This document shows, in pieces, positions 13,337-26,620 of a stretch of DNA of 64,000 bases. The notes under the pieces are model-generated. The model was not told where the DNA came from and made no database searches. It was given only the letters and a program-made list of their open reading frames with translations. This stretch comes from Chiloscyllium plagiosum. Taxonomy: Eukaryota. Made by a program: the position numbers and the translations under genes. Location of the stretch: NCBI RefSeq assembly GCF_004010195.1, contig NC_057718.1, forward strand, positions 3,826,306-3,890,305, given 5' to 3'. The first letter of the stretch is position 1, and the number at the start of each line of letters is the position of its first letter.

Positions 13337-13898
13337 ACAAAGATTAATGTCACAAACCTGATTGATAGAAATTAATATACTCCAGTGATATCACACAGGA
13401 AAGGTAGCTAATAACTTACTAGTTTATCTTTGTCACTGAGATGACAGTGAGGATAAAGGGAAGTGGAGAGCAGTGGTGCATGAAGAGCCAGTATTGAACT
13501 GAATGAGCTTCATTGTCATAGTCTTCATTGTCACCGCTCTCTGGGTTGAGAGATTTATTCTCAAGGGCCATTCAAGATGGACAAGCTCTGGCCCAGCCAG
13601 AGATGGCCATGTCCCAAGACTGAATGAAACAAAGCCAGACAGAGACAGGAGAATGCTAAATACAACACTGAGAATAAACGAGATGGAGAAGCAGAAAGGC
13701 AGAGAAAAGATAAAGAGTTTGAGATTGAGGAACTGGCCCAAGAGGGGAAACAGTTTATTATATCGATGAGTAAAACAGAAGAAGATAAATGTTCCATTTC
13801 CATATTGAATTCTCTACTTTCTCTCTCCCAGAGGAATTTAACACAATCCCGTCTCCACTAAATCCATGTGGAAGTGTTTGCTGTGTCAGATTATTGTA

Positions 13899-14243
13899 AA
13901 ATTACAGTCAGCTGGGTTCCATTCCCATTGATATCTCCCCACACTTTACAGTAATAGACCCCACTGTCACTGGGCTGTACGTTTGTGATGGTCAGAGTGA
14001 AGCTATCATTGGAGGGGTCTCTGGAAGAGTGGAATTGCTCAGTGAATCCTGGGCTTCATTGTGTGATGTTCCTCACATCACATGTTAAAACCTACTCTGT
14101 GTTATTCACTGGTTAGTCCTGGTCCCAGTGAACATCAGTGTGTGTCATTGCGGCGTTCCTCATGGTGCACCGTAACTGGGCAGTGTGACCCTCAGTGACA
14201 TGTTCCAGGCTCAGAGACTGGAGAAGGATTGAGGGGAAAAGAT
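13899..14243 (-). pseudogene. Germline-joined VJ exon pseudogene
   Basis: Acceptor ttattcag|. LFPSILLQSLSLEHVTEGHTAQLRCTMRNAAMTHTDVHWDQD*...*VLTCDVRNITQ*SPGFTEQFHSSRD...DSGVYYCKVWGDINGNGTQLTV; three stops, normal donor lost. Confidence 0.83.
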
Positions 14244-15149
14244 CTGAATAAATTAAACCTTGTCTGAAATTTCTGATGACATCTGATTCAAATTCAAGTA
14301 GAAAGGACAGATTGTAGGAGTGTAACAGTGGGGTTAATTCTTTCAATAAAACAATTAATTTTAAAGTGAGTTCACTAAAATAAAGCATGAATCATTAATA
14401 AATGTTTCAGCATGAATTAAAAAATAAACCCAGTGAAACTTGGCAATGGTGCAAACTGTTCTGACTTCCTTTGTCCATCTGAAATTGAAACTCCAGTGTG
14501 ACCAATACATTGAGTTCCAGATGAACACTGTGAAGGGATGGTGCTGGTAATTTTATTGTTTCCATGTGCTTTGAACTTTCATTGAATTGTATTACACATA
14601 AGTAACTTGCTTTATTCAATTTTATCTTGGTTTTTGTCCTGTAATAAACTTCTGTTTCTTGTTAAAAGCAAAGCTGCAGCCTTGCCTGCTTATGTCGCAG
14701 TGAAATACCCCCTCATTAAATAAAAATAATGAAACTTGGATCCATCAAGCTGGGTCTATCGATTGAAAATTAGCATGACAAGAAAGAAACCAAATGGAAC
14801 ATTTGTAGAATTATCAAGAGAGAAAGCAAGGATCAGGGATTTCAATCACTCAACAACGGAAAATAAATTTGAATATAAGGGAAATTATCATCATGGAAGA
14901 TCAATACATTTCACATGACCAGGAAGGAGAGATCAAATCCAGAGTGAAGCACAGCCTGAGTGAATGCACATCTCTGAGGTTTTGGAGCAGCGTGGGAATT
15001 CAGTGCTCAGGGGAAGAGGTGCTTTCACTTGCTGTTTGGGTGATAATTTGTCAGGTTTTGTTTAACAGGATAAATTGAAGCTCAGGATCAGAGACCCAAC
15101 ACAAAACAAAGAGTGATGTCACAGGAATACCTGAAGGCCACCAGGTAAT

Positions 15150-17215
15150 AGCTGCTCATTTGTCTATCTATGAGAAGTTAATTTTAGATTAAAGATAAAT
15201 AGGAGAAATATTTGACAGATTACAAACTAAAAGACAAATAGAACATTTAATAAAAACTAAGTACTAAGCGAATAATATACAGATGAGGGACCAGGTATTG
15301 TGCTATAACTCCATGATGTGGAAGCTGGTGGACCTCATTGTGGTTCGTAGTGTAGCTCATCTGCAGTAAGTGTTGGTTCCTTGATGAACTCTGGCTCAGA
15401 GTTGCTGAGCTGAAGTCAGAACTTTAAACACTGACTCATCAGGGAGGGGGTATGAGTTACTCGGACACCGTTTCAGGAGGCAGTCATACTTTGAATTCAG
15501 TCAATTGTCAGGGGCAGGATGGTGTGATTCTGAGGAAGGCAGGCAGAGGATCCAGGAAGTCAGGCTGAACAAGTCTTGGCCCTTGAGCTGTCTAACAGCT
15601 TTGTGATTCTTGTTTCCTGTGCAGATGAGACTGGAGGCTATCGGGAGGATGAACAAACTGACCCCAGCACCATGGTACAGGGAGGGCAGCCTGAGAGAAT
15701 GAATAATTGCTAATGGGGACAGTTAGTGGGTGATGATGGATTGTGTGTGGTAGCAGCCCATGTGATGACAAAGCCTAGTGTGTGGGGGTTTGGGTAAAGA
15801 ATGGGGAAGATGCTCGTTGGGGAGAGATATCAAAGAGGGGTCTTGTGTTCTGTGTTTTTGAGAACTAAAAAGACAATAAAGACAGGGAAATAAAATTAAA
15901 TGAACTGAGGGAAAACCAGTGATTAACATAAAAATTGACAATACAAGCTTCATTAAATATTTGAAAATGTTGAGACCAGTCAAATTGTACATAGGCCACT
16001 TCGAAAATGAAACTGTAAAGATGGATCTAGGGAACAGGAGAATGGCTGAGGAGTTAAACAGATATTTTGTATTTGTCTTTACAATGGAAGATATGTCAAA
16101 TGTCCCATTAATACTAAAGAATATGGGAGAAGCGATTAAATACCATCATCATTAATAGAGAAGAAGTGTTTGATGAAATAAAGGAGTAAAAGGCAGATAC
16201 TTACCATTGCCCTGAGGGTTTGAATCATTGGATCCTAAAAGAGATGGCTACAAAGATAACAATTGCATTGTTTGCAGTTTTCCACCAAGAGGGATACAGA
16301 CAATTTAAAGAGAAATATCGATAAATTAAGAGAATGGTCATTGCGTTGGGAGTATAACATGGGGAAAATCTGCAACTGTCCAGTTTGGAAGGGAGAACCA
16401 TGGAACCGGGAATTATTTTAATGGAGAAAATCTGCAGAAAGCTGCAACACAACAGGACTTGGGATTAGCCGTCCATGAAACTCCGAAAGCTAGCAAACAG
16501 GAGCAGCAGGTAAACAGGAAAGCGGAAGGAATGTTGGCCCTTATTACAAAGGGGGTTGGAGTGTAAGAGTAGGGAACTTTACTGCAACTGGACAAGGGGC
16601 AGGGGAGACCACATCTGGAGCATTGTCAGCAGTTTTGGTCCCTTATTAAAACAAAGTTATAATTTCATTGCAGGCAGTTCAGAGAAGGCCACTGGGATAC
16701 TCCTTGGATGGGAGGGATTGTCTTTTGAACAAAGGCTGAAAAGGTTGGAATTCTACTCACTGAGGATTAGAAGAATGAGAGGTGATCTCATTGAGACCTA
16801 TCAGATTATTAAGGGACTTGACAGGTGAATGCTGACAGGATGGTTCCCCTCATGGACAGTCTCGTGTCAGAGGGCTTAGTCTCAGAATAAAGCAGCACCA
16901 GTTTAAGATTGCGATGAGGAGGAAATTCTTCTCTCAGAGGGTTGTGCATCTTTGGAACTCCTTACTACAAAGATCTGTGGGGGCAGTATCCTTGTGTATA
17001 TTTAAGGCTGGGATCGATAGATTCTTGATGAGTTACCAGACATGGGCAGGAATGCAGATAGATAGGTTTTTGATCAGTTGGGACTCAAGGATTATGTGAG
17101 AAATGCAGGAAAGTGGATGTAGAAATATCGGAGCAGCCATGACCTTATTGAATGATGGAGAAGGCTAGAGGGGCAGAATGGCCTACCCCTGTTCCTATTT
17201 CATATCTTCTTATAG
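15150..17215 (+). mobile_element. Degenerate CR1 LINE fragments
   Basis: MAEELNRYF, RRMRGDLIETY, FFSQRVV.LWNSL motifs. Confidence 0.75.
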
Positions 17216-18464
17216 GCTTATATTCTAGAACTGACAGAAGGAGATGGAAGTAATAAAGGAGAAAGACTGGAACCAAAAAGTAATTGAAAGAAATTAGCAT
17301 TCTCCCATCTTCGTAAGGTTGAACATGCCAAAGCCAATTGCTGGAAGTTCAATGGGAGACTAATTGGAGTCATAGGAATATCAAAAAAAAATTCAGAAAA
17401 AGATATATCACAAAAATAAATAACTACTTTAGCCACAATGTAGGGCAGAGAAAATGTAAATGCTTTGAATGCACGAATGAGGGAGAGGGAATCATGACAG
17501 TCCAGAGAATCTGCCTTTAAATATGAACAAGGAGAGTGAGGCCACTGGAGGGTCTGAGTTTTGGGAGGGGGCAGGGGGGAGTCTTTCCTTCAGCTTCAAA
17601 GCCAGGAGGTAAACCAAGAAAGATCTTGAGATACACTGGAGCAAGTCAATCCCTGATGCTGCCTAAAGATCCTGTTTATCTTCCAAAGACATTAGTGAAA
17701 GAGTAAATATTAATTGGAGACATTCATGTAGATGAGACAGACTTGGATTAAAAAGTGACTTGTTAAATGTAGAAGTGAGGTTGCAGTGAGAGGAGTAAAA
17801 CACATTCTGATGGAAGTATTTTATTCTGTTTTGATAAATGACCTGGCAGGTTCAATAATATTAGCCTCACCATGCGTCGTGAAACAATTAGTGGAGATGA
17901 AATAACCTGAAATGTGACTGGAGGTACATTCTGGATTTTATCCTCATTGTGTTATGATGATATCTCAGGTTCATAGCTTTAGAACCATGGAATAATAGTC
18001 TGTAACCATGTTGATTTGAAATTTCAGTTCTCAGAATTAATTTTCAAAAGTTTAATTGAATACAATGAAGGTGAACAGAATGAGGCTGATAGGTTCAGAA
18101 TATCTTCTTCAGCAGAAATGCAACAAATGGATCCTGAATTCAGAGAGTTTTATCAAACAGCATCCTCAGAAATGGAATCAGAAACAATGCCTGAGTGTTA
18201 TTATTTGAAAGTCAAAAGTATTAATGAGGAAATAGGGTTCAGCTCAAGTACCAGGTGATGGGGAATGGACAGAGGTCCATCAGGTGGTCACTCCATCTGA
18301 GGTCCAGAATGAAATTTCACAAATTGGTTCATGAAATTCCAATGAACGGACTTCTAGGGATTACAAAAATGTAGGGAATTCAAGACAATCACAAACTGAT
18401 CTCCAATTCATCCACAGGGCAAGAGGTCATAGTTGGAAGTGATTGTTATGAAAACTATATTTAC

Positions 18465-18799
18465 TCGTGACATTGAGCCGGCTACCTCTTCCATAGATCT
18501 TTCCCCACACTGAACATTAATAGACCCTTGTGACAGTGGGCTGAATGTTTGTGATGGTCAGAATGAAGCTGTTATTGGAGGGATCTCTGGAAGACTGGAA
18601 TCACTCAGTGAATCCTGGGCTCCATTGAATGGAGCCATATTTACCATCTGTTAAAATTTGCATCTTACAGCACCCTGGGTTTTTGATGGTACAATTTAAT
18701 GGTGGTGTTTGTCATTCATGATGCACTGTACCCAGACAGTGTGACCCTCGATGACCCATTCCAGGCTTGGAGACTGGAGAAGTATTGGAGGATTTGTAC
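18465..18799 (-). pseudogene. Germline-joined VJ exon pseudogene
   Basis: Acceptor mutated (aa|gt), internal deletion, stops (TGA at RF, TAA in YYC), ends Y*CSVWGKIYGRGSRLNVT|gtaaat. Confidence 0.82.
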
Positions 18800-20099
18800 T
18801 TTTCAGGAAGAAAATATTGAGAATTTCAGAATCAATTCTCCAGGTTACAATGTGCTGTCAGTTGTTCAAAGAGGCAGTTCAGGTGGAACACATTAAATAG
18901 GGAATTGGCTTAAGATTGAACCAGTGGAGTTGAAGCAGATCAAACAAATCATATTTGAGTAACTAAATAACTTTAATGACTGGTGATATAAATATTTAAA
19001 GAGGAACAGCTGGGTCAGAGTGTAGAGTGACATTGCCTGAATTAAGGGAGGTCCATGATTACAGCTTCCAGCCTCAGACTCTACCGACTCCCTGTCTCCA
19101 CCAGGTTCTCCAAACACCTCATGGATTCCATTCCCTTCTCCCTGACCCACTCGTTGCTCACGTACCACAGCCTCTTCTGGGAAGTTCCCTCATTCCCCCC
19201 ATTCTGCTCACTGCTTTCCTCAGAATGATCACCTTTCCCTGAAACAGACTCTTCACAATCCTCCCAGTGCCATTTACACAATGCCCCGCTGAGTGTAACT
19301 CACTTTCCAGCCAGTATTCTGCTCTGGGGACTGGTGTGAATGATGATCTCCTGGCAGAGACTAGTCAATGTTACCTTGGGAACCTGAGCTATATCACGGA
19401 CGCATGATGTTAATTGAAAAAGTACATGGAAATGGATCGAATGTTCAGAGGAATAGATAGGTGTTGCTGCACCCACAGGAAGGAACCCATTTATGGTGCT
19501 ACCTGTCTGGTCCCACTGTCAATGAAGTTTTTGAGTGACTGCAGAGCACTCTGATGGGGGAGGTGAGTGTGAACCGTCAGCAGTCCCACTCAACATATAT
19601 CCCAATGACAGAAGCAGGAAGAGGAATGTTCTCAAACAGTCAGAGTTTATGAACCAGATTTTGTGAGCTGATGCCTGAGTGGTATTGGTGGGGGCTGGAG
19701 ATAAATTAACTTGGCAGGAGTCTGGGAACCAGAAGGAAATGTCAGAGAGGAGTCTCAAGGTTCACAGACACAGACAGCTCCAAAATAATGTCTAAATTAA
19801 TATTGATGTCCAAAAGGGATTATTTGAAACTCAGAAAGTTTCAGCTCATTTGTGTGATTAATCAAGGGACAGCCTCTCAGAGGCTCAAGCTTGAAGACAG
19901 AAAGAGTTAAGTCAAACGTATCAATACGATAGAACAGGATATTCCCTGGGAGGTGAAAATTGCAAAGTGATGGTGTTCAAATAAATGGGATTTTATTATT
20001 TCCATGTGCTTTAAAATTTCAATGAATTAGTTTATATGCAAATAGTTTGGTTTATTCTATTTTATCTTAATCTGTTATGTGCAATAAAGTTGGTGAGTC

Positions 20100-21000
20100 T
20101 ATCACAGTTGCAAGCAGGATGTTCCATGCCCCTACTACTCACTGAGTAAAGAAACTACCTCTGACATCTCTCCTAAATCTATCACTCCTCAATTTAAAGC
20201 TATAGCCCCTCGTACTAGCCATCACCATCTGAGGAAAAAGGCTTTCATTGTCCACCCTATCTAACCCTCTGATTATCTTATATGTCTCAATTAAGTCACC
20301 TCGCAACTTTCTTCTCTCAAACAAAAACAGCCTTAAGTCCCTCAGTCTTTCCTCATAAGACCTTCCCTCCATACCAGGCAACATCTGAGTAAATCTGCTC
20401 TGAACCCTTGCAATGCTTCCATATCCTTCCAGAAATGTCCGCAATACTCCAAGTGCAGCCACACCAGACTTTTGTACAGCTGCAACATGACCTCATGGCT
20501 CCGAAACTCCATCTCTCTACCAATGAAAGCTAACGCATCGTATTTCTTCTTAACAACCCTAAAACGTTGGTGGCTACTTTCAGGGATCTATGTACATGGA
20601 CACTGAGATCTCTCTGCTCCTTTACACTGCTAAGAATCTTACCATTAGCCCAGTACTGTGCATCCCTGTTGCTCCTTCCAAAGTGAATCACCTCACACTT
20701 TTCTGCATGAAACTCCATTTGCCACCTCTCAGCCCAGCTCTGCAGCTTATCTACGTACCTCTGTAACCTGCAACATCCTTCAGCACTATCCACAACTCTA
20801 CCAACCTTCGTGTCATCCACAAAATTACTAACCCATCTTTCTACTCCCTCATCTAGGTCATTTATAGGAATGACCAACAGCAATGGCCCCAAAACAGATC
20901 CTTTTGGTACACTGCTATTAATTAACTCAAGAACATACATTTCCTGCCAACCACCACTCTCTATCTTCTTTCAGCTAGCCAATTTCTGATCCAAACCATT
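20100..21000 (-). mobile_element. CR1 LINE RT fragment
   Basis: VPKGSVLGPLL..DDTKVG..RWQMEF and RGDLIETYKI. Confidence 0.85.
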
Positions 21001-21208
21001 AGGGATGGGCAATAAATGCTGGCCCAGCCACTGAAACCCACTTGTCACAAAACAACTAAATAAATTGCTGCATCTGAGCTCAGCTTCCTCCCCACAGTGG
21101 ATCCATCCCCGAGATCACTCTTCATCTCTTCCTCAATCTTCTTGATCACAAACCGATCTCCATTTCATTCATTGGGCAGGAGGAGATTGTCATGTAAATG
21201 CTGTTCAC

Positions 21209-21552
21209 TCTTTGCAATGATCTGGCTTCCTCTCCCATAGATACTACCCCGCACTGAGCTGTAATAGTCCCCAGTGTCACTGGGCTGAACGTTTGTGATG
21301 GTCAGAAGGAAGTTGTTACTGGAGGAGTCTCTGGAAGACTGGAATCATTCAGTGAATCCTGGGATCCAATGTGTGGAGTCATTTTTACCATGTGCTAAAA
21401 TTCACACAGTGTGACTCCTTGGTTTTTGTCGGTGCCACTTAATGGTGGTGTGTGCCACTGCGGCTTTCATCATGTGCATTGTAACCGGGCAGTGTGACCC
21501 TCGGTGACATGTTCGAGGCTCAGGAACTGGAGAAGGATGACAGGATTTGAAC
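21209..21552 (-). pseudogene. Germline-joined VJ exon pseudogene
   Basis: Acceptor ctcaaaag|, donor |gtgaac, 344 bp (1-nt deletion after the first Cys), TGA at the RF Arg, ends DTGDYYSSVRGSIYGRGSQIIAK. Confidence 0.83.
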
Positions 21553-22432
21553 CTTTTGAGGAAAAGATCAAGAATTTAAGATTCAATTCTCTGGGTTACA
21601 ATTTGCTGCCAGTTGTTCAAAGGGACAGTTCAGATGGAACATGTTCTGTATTAAAAAGGGAACTGGTTTAACAAAATATCTTTAATTCATTAAATAACTT
21701 TAATAACTATTTGTGTAAACAATTAAAGAACCTGAGACCATAAGAAATAGGAACAGGAGGAGGCCAATCGACCCCTCAAGCCTGCAATGCTATCTAATAG
21801 GATCCTGACAGATCGACATTCCTCACGACCACTTCCCTGTGATTTCCCTGTAATGCTTGATTCCCCGACTAACCTAGAATCTCTCTGTCTCAGACTTCAA
21901 TATACACAAGGATACAGCCCAGCCACAGCTCTCTGTAGCAAGGAGTTCCAAAGATTCACAATGCACTGACAGAAGAAATTCCTCAACACCTCAGTTTTAA
22001 GTTGGTACTTTGTAATTATGAGACTGCATTCTCTGGACTTAGACTCTCCCATGAGGGGAAACATTCTTTCAACATTGACCCTGTCAAGCCCTTTAAGAAT
22101 CTAATATATTTCAATGAGATCCCCTCTCATTCTCATAAACCTCAGTGAGGACAGTCCCACCTTTTATTTTTATTCATTGTAGAACATAGGTGTCACTGGA
22201 AGGGCATTTATTGCCCGTCATGAGTTGCCCTTTAGGTGGTGAGATGCTGCCTTGAACCGCTGCAGTCATGTGCTGTAGATAGACCCATAATTCCTTTAGG
22301 AAGGGAATTCCAGGATTGTGTACCCATCGGGGCAAGTGGGGAGCATTCCATCACACATCTGGCCTGTGCCTTGTAAATGGTGGACAGAATTTAAGGAATC
22401 AGAGGTGAGTTACTTACCATAGCATTCCTAGT

Positions 22433-22626
22433 TGAAAATGTGTTGCTGGAAAAGCGCAGCAGGTCAGGCAGCATCCAGGGAACAGGAGAATCGACGTTTC
22501 GGGCATAAGCCCTTCTTCAGGAATAGCCCTTCTCCAGGTTCCCTGGATGCTGCCTGACCTGCTGCGCTTTTCCAGCAACACATTTTCAGCTCTGATCTCC
22601 AGCATCTGCAGACCTCACTTTCTCCT
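22433..22626 (-). mobile_element. Hairpin non-autonomous Penelope-type insertion with hammerhead core and 15-bp TSD
   Basis: TSD catagcattcctagt at 22418-32 and 22627-41; ~57-bp inverted arms; minus-strand loop CTGAAGA-a-gggc-ttat-gccc-GAAACGTC. Confidence 0.8.
22489..22524 (-). ncRNA. Minimal type I hammerhead ribozyme motif
   Basis: CUGANGA core, 4-bp stem II, GAAA, palindromic ACGU stem III, GUC cleavage triplet (C at 22493). Confidence 0.6.
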
Positions 22627-23738
22627 CATAGCATTCCTAGTCTCTGACCTGCTGTTGGTTCCATAAATTCAGGTAAGTTTACTGGTCAAGGATGGTGATA
22701 GTATTGGATTCAGTGATAGTAATCCTATTGAATGGCAGGGGGCAGTGGTTTGTCTTATTGGAGATGGGCATAGCCTGGCATTTGCTTGGCATGAATGTTA
22801 CTTTCCCCTTGCTAACCCAAGCCTGGATATTTTCTCGATCTTGTTTCATTTGAACATGAACTGCTTCAGTACCTGAGAAAGTGTAAATGCTGCTGAACCT
22901 GTTTAGCCATTGCTCGTAGGACAATTCCTCAGTATCAAGATCATACAAGTGATCTTTCTCTGATCTGCCACCAATGAAATGATAGCTTTCCTTAAAAAGA
23001 GGAACAAAACTGCTCATTGTGCTTGAGATGTGGTCTCACCAGCGCCTTGTGGCACTGCAGTAAGACTTCCTAACTCTGATTGGCTAACCTCCTTTAAATA
23101 AGGTCCAGAAGGCACAGCAGGCGCTGAGTGTACAGTGACATTACTTGAAGAAAGGGCAGCTCCTGATTCCAGCCTCCAGCCTCAGACCAACCCCATTCCC
23201 TGTTCCCACCAGAGGCTCCGAGCTCCTCATGGTTCCTTCTCCCTGTGATGTAATTGCACTGGAAGGAGTGGAGAGATACTGCCTGGGATGGAGCACTTCA
23301 GCCATGAGGAGAGGCTGGATAAGCTTGGGTTGTTTTCTTTAACCTGGATGGGTATGCCCTTTTGTGCTCTATGGTTCATTCCCAATCCTTGGGAGACTCC
23401 TTGCAGATGTGTCACCTCGCAGAGCAGTCTCCCTGACTCTGCACATCCAGCCCGATGGCACTGACTCGCTTGTGAGTTGAATGGAATTAATGTCACTTAT
23501 TCTGTGGGATAAAACTCCAAATTTCCCACAAGATCCTCCTCCCATTTCCACAAAAAATCCCTTTTCTCTCACCATTCACCAACATTGAACCTGAGCTCAG
23601 CTTCCTCCCACCAGTGAATCCATCCCCAAGATCATTCTCCATCACGTCCTCAATCCTCTTGATCACAAGCTGATCTCCAATTCATTCATTGGGCACAAGT
23701 TTATTGCTGGAGGTGATTGTCATGTCAAAACTACTTAC

Positions 23739-24083
23739 TGTCTACAATGAGGTGGCTTCCTTCACCAGGGACACTACCAGAAACCCCGCAATAACAGATC
23801 CCAGTGTCCCTGGGCCACACATTTGTGATGGTCAGAATGAAGCTGTTACTGGAGGGGTCTCTGGAAGACTGGAATCACTCAATGAATCACAGGTAACATT
23901 GTGTGATGTTTCTAACATCATGTGTTAAAATCCAGATCACCTTAATCCATCTCACCAACCGATACCAGTCAACATCGGTGTGTATCACTGCGGTGTTCCT
24001 CCTGGTGCACTGAAACATGGCAGTGTGATCCTCGGTGACCACTTCTAGGAGTGGAGACTGGAGAAGGACTGGGATGTTTGCAC
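23739..24083 (-). pseudogene. Germline-joined VJ exon pseudogene
   Basis: Acceptor tttgaag|, donor |gtaagt, 345 bp. ANIPVLLQSPLLEVVTEDHTAMFQCTRRNTAVIHTDVDWYR...HDVRNITQCYL*FIE*FQSSRD...DTGICYCGVSGSVPGEGSHLIVD; two in-frame stops. Confidence 0.85.
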
Positions 24084-24619
24084 CTTCAAAATAAAAAAAA
24101 ACAATAAATGAACAACAGTCTGACTGTTCAGTCTTTCCCATAGGCATAGTGTGGCTGAGATAAATGGGGTAAACTGGGTAGATTGGAGACAAATGCGAGG
24201 GTCATATTTGTGCCCCTCCAGCTCTAGGTAGAGGGCATGGAGCCAGTGATGGTCCCATGATCAGTCTGTTGGACCTACATCTCAGTTAGTGAGTCAGGGT
24301 GGGTTCCCCTGGAAGGTTGTGTCCCCTTGTCCAGCAATATTCCATCCCACTTCAGGGAGATGGAGGAGGAGATGCAGCATGGATTTGAAGGAACACCATT
24401 CTGGATGAAGAATGAGAGACTCCAGCACAGCAATCGCTGATTCTGGATGGAAGATCAATTTGGTGATGGCACCAAGATAAGGAGGAAAGTGAGGTGTCAA
24501 GAGAAGAGAGACAGAGACAGGTGGAGTGAATGGTTAAAATGTGGCAAATGGAATACAATATTGAAAAATGCAATATTGTTCTTTTTGGGAAGTGTAGAAA
24601 TTATTGAGGAGGTTAATCA

Positions 24620-26620
24620 GAAGATTTAGAACAAGACTAGACCATTCAGCCCTATGAGCCTATTCCATTATTCAATTGAGTCACAGTGTCATACAGCACA
24701 GAATCAGACCCTTTGGTCCAAACAGTCTATGATGAACATAATCCCAAACTAAACTAGTCACATCTGCCCTTTCCTGCCAACATCCCCCCAAACCTTTTCT
24801 AATCATATACTTATTCAAATATCTTTAAACATTACAATTGGACCTATCGACCAGTTCCTCAGGTCGTTCATTCCACCCTTGAACTACGCTCTGTGTAAAA
24901 AATAAAGCCCTTAAATCGTTTTTAAATCTCTTCCTCTTACCTTAAAAATGATCTCCCTAGTTGAGGGATCCGTCATCCTCAGGAAAAGACAACTACCATT
25001 GACTCTCTCAATATCTCTCTTTATTTTATAACCTTCTATCAGGTGGCCTCCCTACCTCTTATGCTCCAGTGAGAAAAGTCCCAGCTTAGCCAAATTTTCT
25101 TTAGAACACAACCCTTCCATAGGCATCAACATCCTGGTAAATCACCTCAGAACAATCTCCAGTTTAGCAATCTACTTCCTATAACCGGGTGACCAGAACT
25201 GGACATTGTATTCCAGAAGAGGCCTCACCAATATCCTGTACAACTTCAATATCACTGTTATCCCAACTCCTATAGTCAAAGGATTAAGCAATGAAGGCAA
25301 GTGTGGAATGTCTTTTTAACCACCCTGTCTACATGTGATGCAAACTTCAAAGAATTCTGTACCAGCACCCCGAGATTCCCAGCTGAACAAACATTCCTCA
25401 CATCCACTTTCCTGGAAACTATCAATCTCAGTCTTAAACATACGCAAACTCTACTCTCACAGCTTTCTAGAGCAAAGAGCCCAAAGGCTCACAATCCTGT
25501 GATAGAAAATATTCTTCCTCATCTCAGTCTTAAATTGGTGCCCCTTAATTCTGAGACTCTGGCCTCTGGTCCAAGACTCTCGCATGAGAGGAAACATCGT
25601 CTCAGCATTTACTCTATCAAGCCCCTTAAGAATCCTGTACGCTTCAAAGGGATCACCTCTCATTCTTCTAAACTCAAGTGAGGAGAGTCGCAATGTGTTC
25701 AGACTTTGCTCATAAGACAATCCCTTCATATCAGGGATCATCCTCATGATCCGTCTCTGAGTTACTTCCAATGAAATAAATATTTCTTTAAATAAGGTGA
25801 ACCAAAATTGCTGACAGTACACATGATCTGGTTCCACCAGCACCTTGTACAATTGCAGTGAGACTTCCCTACTCTTATACTCCAAACCCCTTGAAATAAG
25901 GGCCAACATTCCATTTGCCTTCCTGATTACCTGTTAACCCTGTGTGCGAGCTTTCTGAGTTTTGTGCACAGGTTTACCCAATCCCTTTGTGTTGCAGCTT
26001 TCTGCAATTTCTCTCCATTTAAATCATATTCTGTTCTTTTGTTCTTATTTCCAAAATGAACAACTTCACATTTTCACACATTAGACGCCATTTGCCAGCT
26101 TTTTGCGCACTTTCTTAAATGATCAATATCTCAGTAAACTGTTTATGTCTCTCCCACAAACTGACTTTTCACCTATTTTTGTGTCATCTGCAAATGTTCC
26201 TACAGTACATTGACTTTCTTTTTCCCAGTCATTAATATAAATTGTAAACAGTTATGGTCCCAGCACTAATCCCTGTGGAACCCCACTGGTCACCCTGTAA
26301 AAGAACCCCTTATCCCTTTTCACTGTTTCTGGCCTATTAGCCATTTCTCTAGCCACAATAACATCCTGCATCCAATTTCATGAGCTCTTATCAAATGAAC
26401 TAACCTTTTGTGAGGTACCGCAGCAAACACCTCCTGGAAGAACAAACACAACACAATTACTGTTTCCCCTCTCGCCACTCTGTGTGAGACTTTCTCAAAA
26501 AACTCAAATAAATTAGTCAGACATGATTTCCCTTTCATGAAGCCACACTGACTTGGTTTTATTAGGTTATAATTTTCCAAATGTTCTTCGATTAAATCCT
26601 TAATATGTTTACGTGATTTG
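24620..26620 (-). mobile_element. Nested CR1 LINE fragments
   Basis: GFMKGKSCLTNLFEFFE; ISRGLEYKSREV; RRMRGD. Confidence 0.8.
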
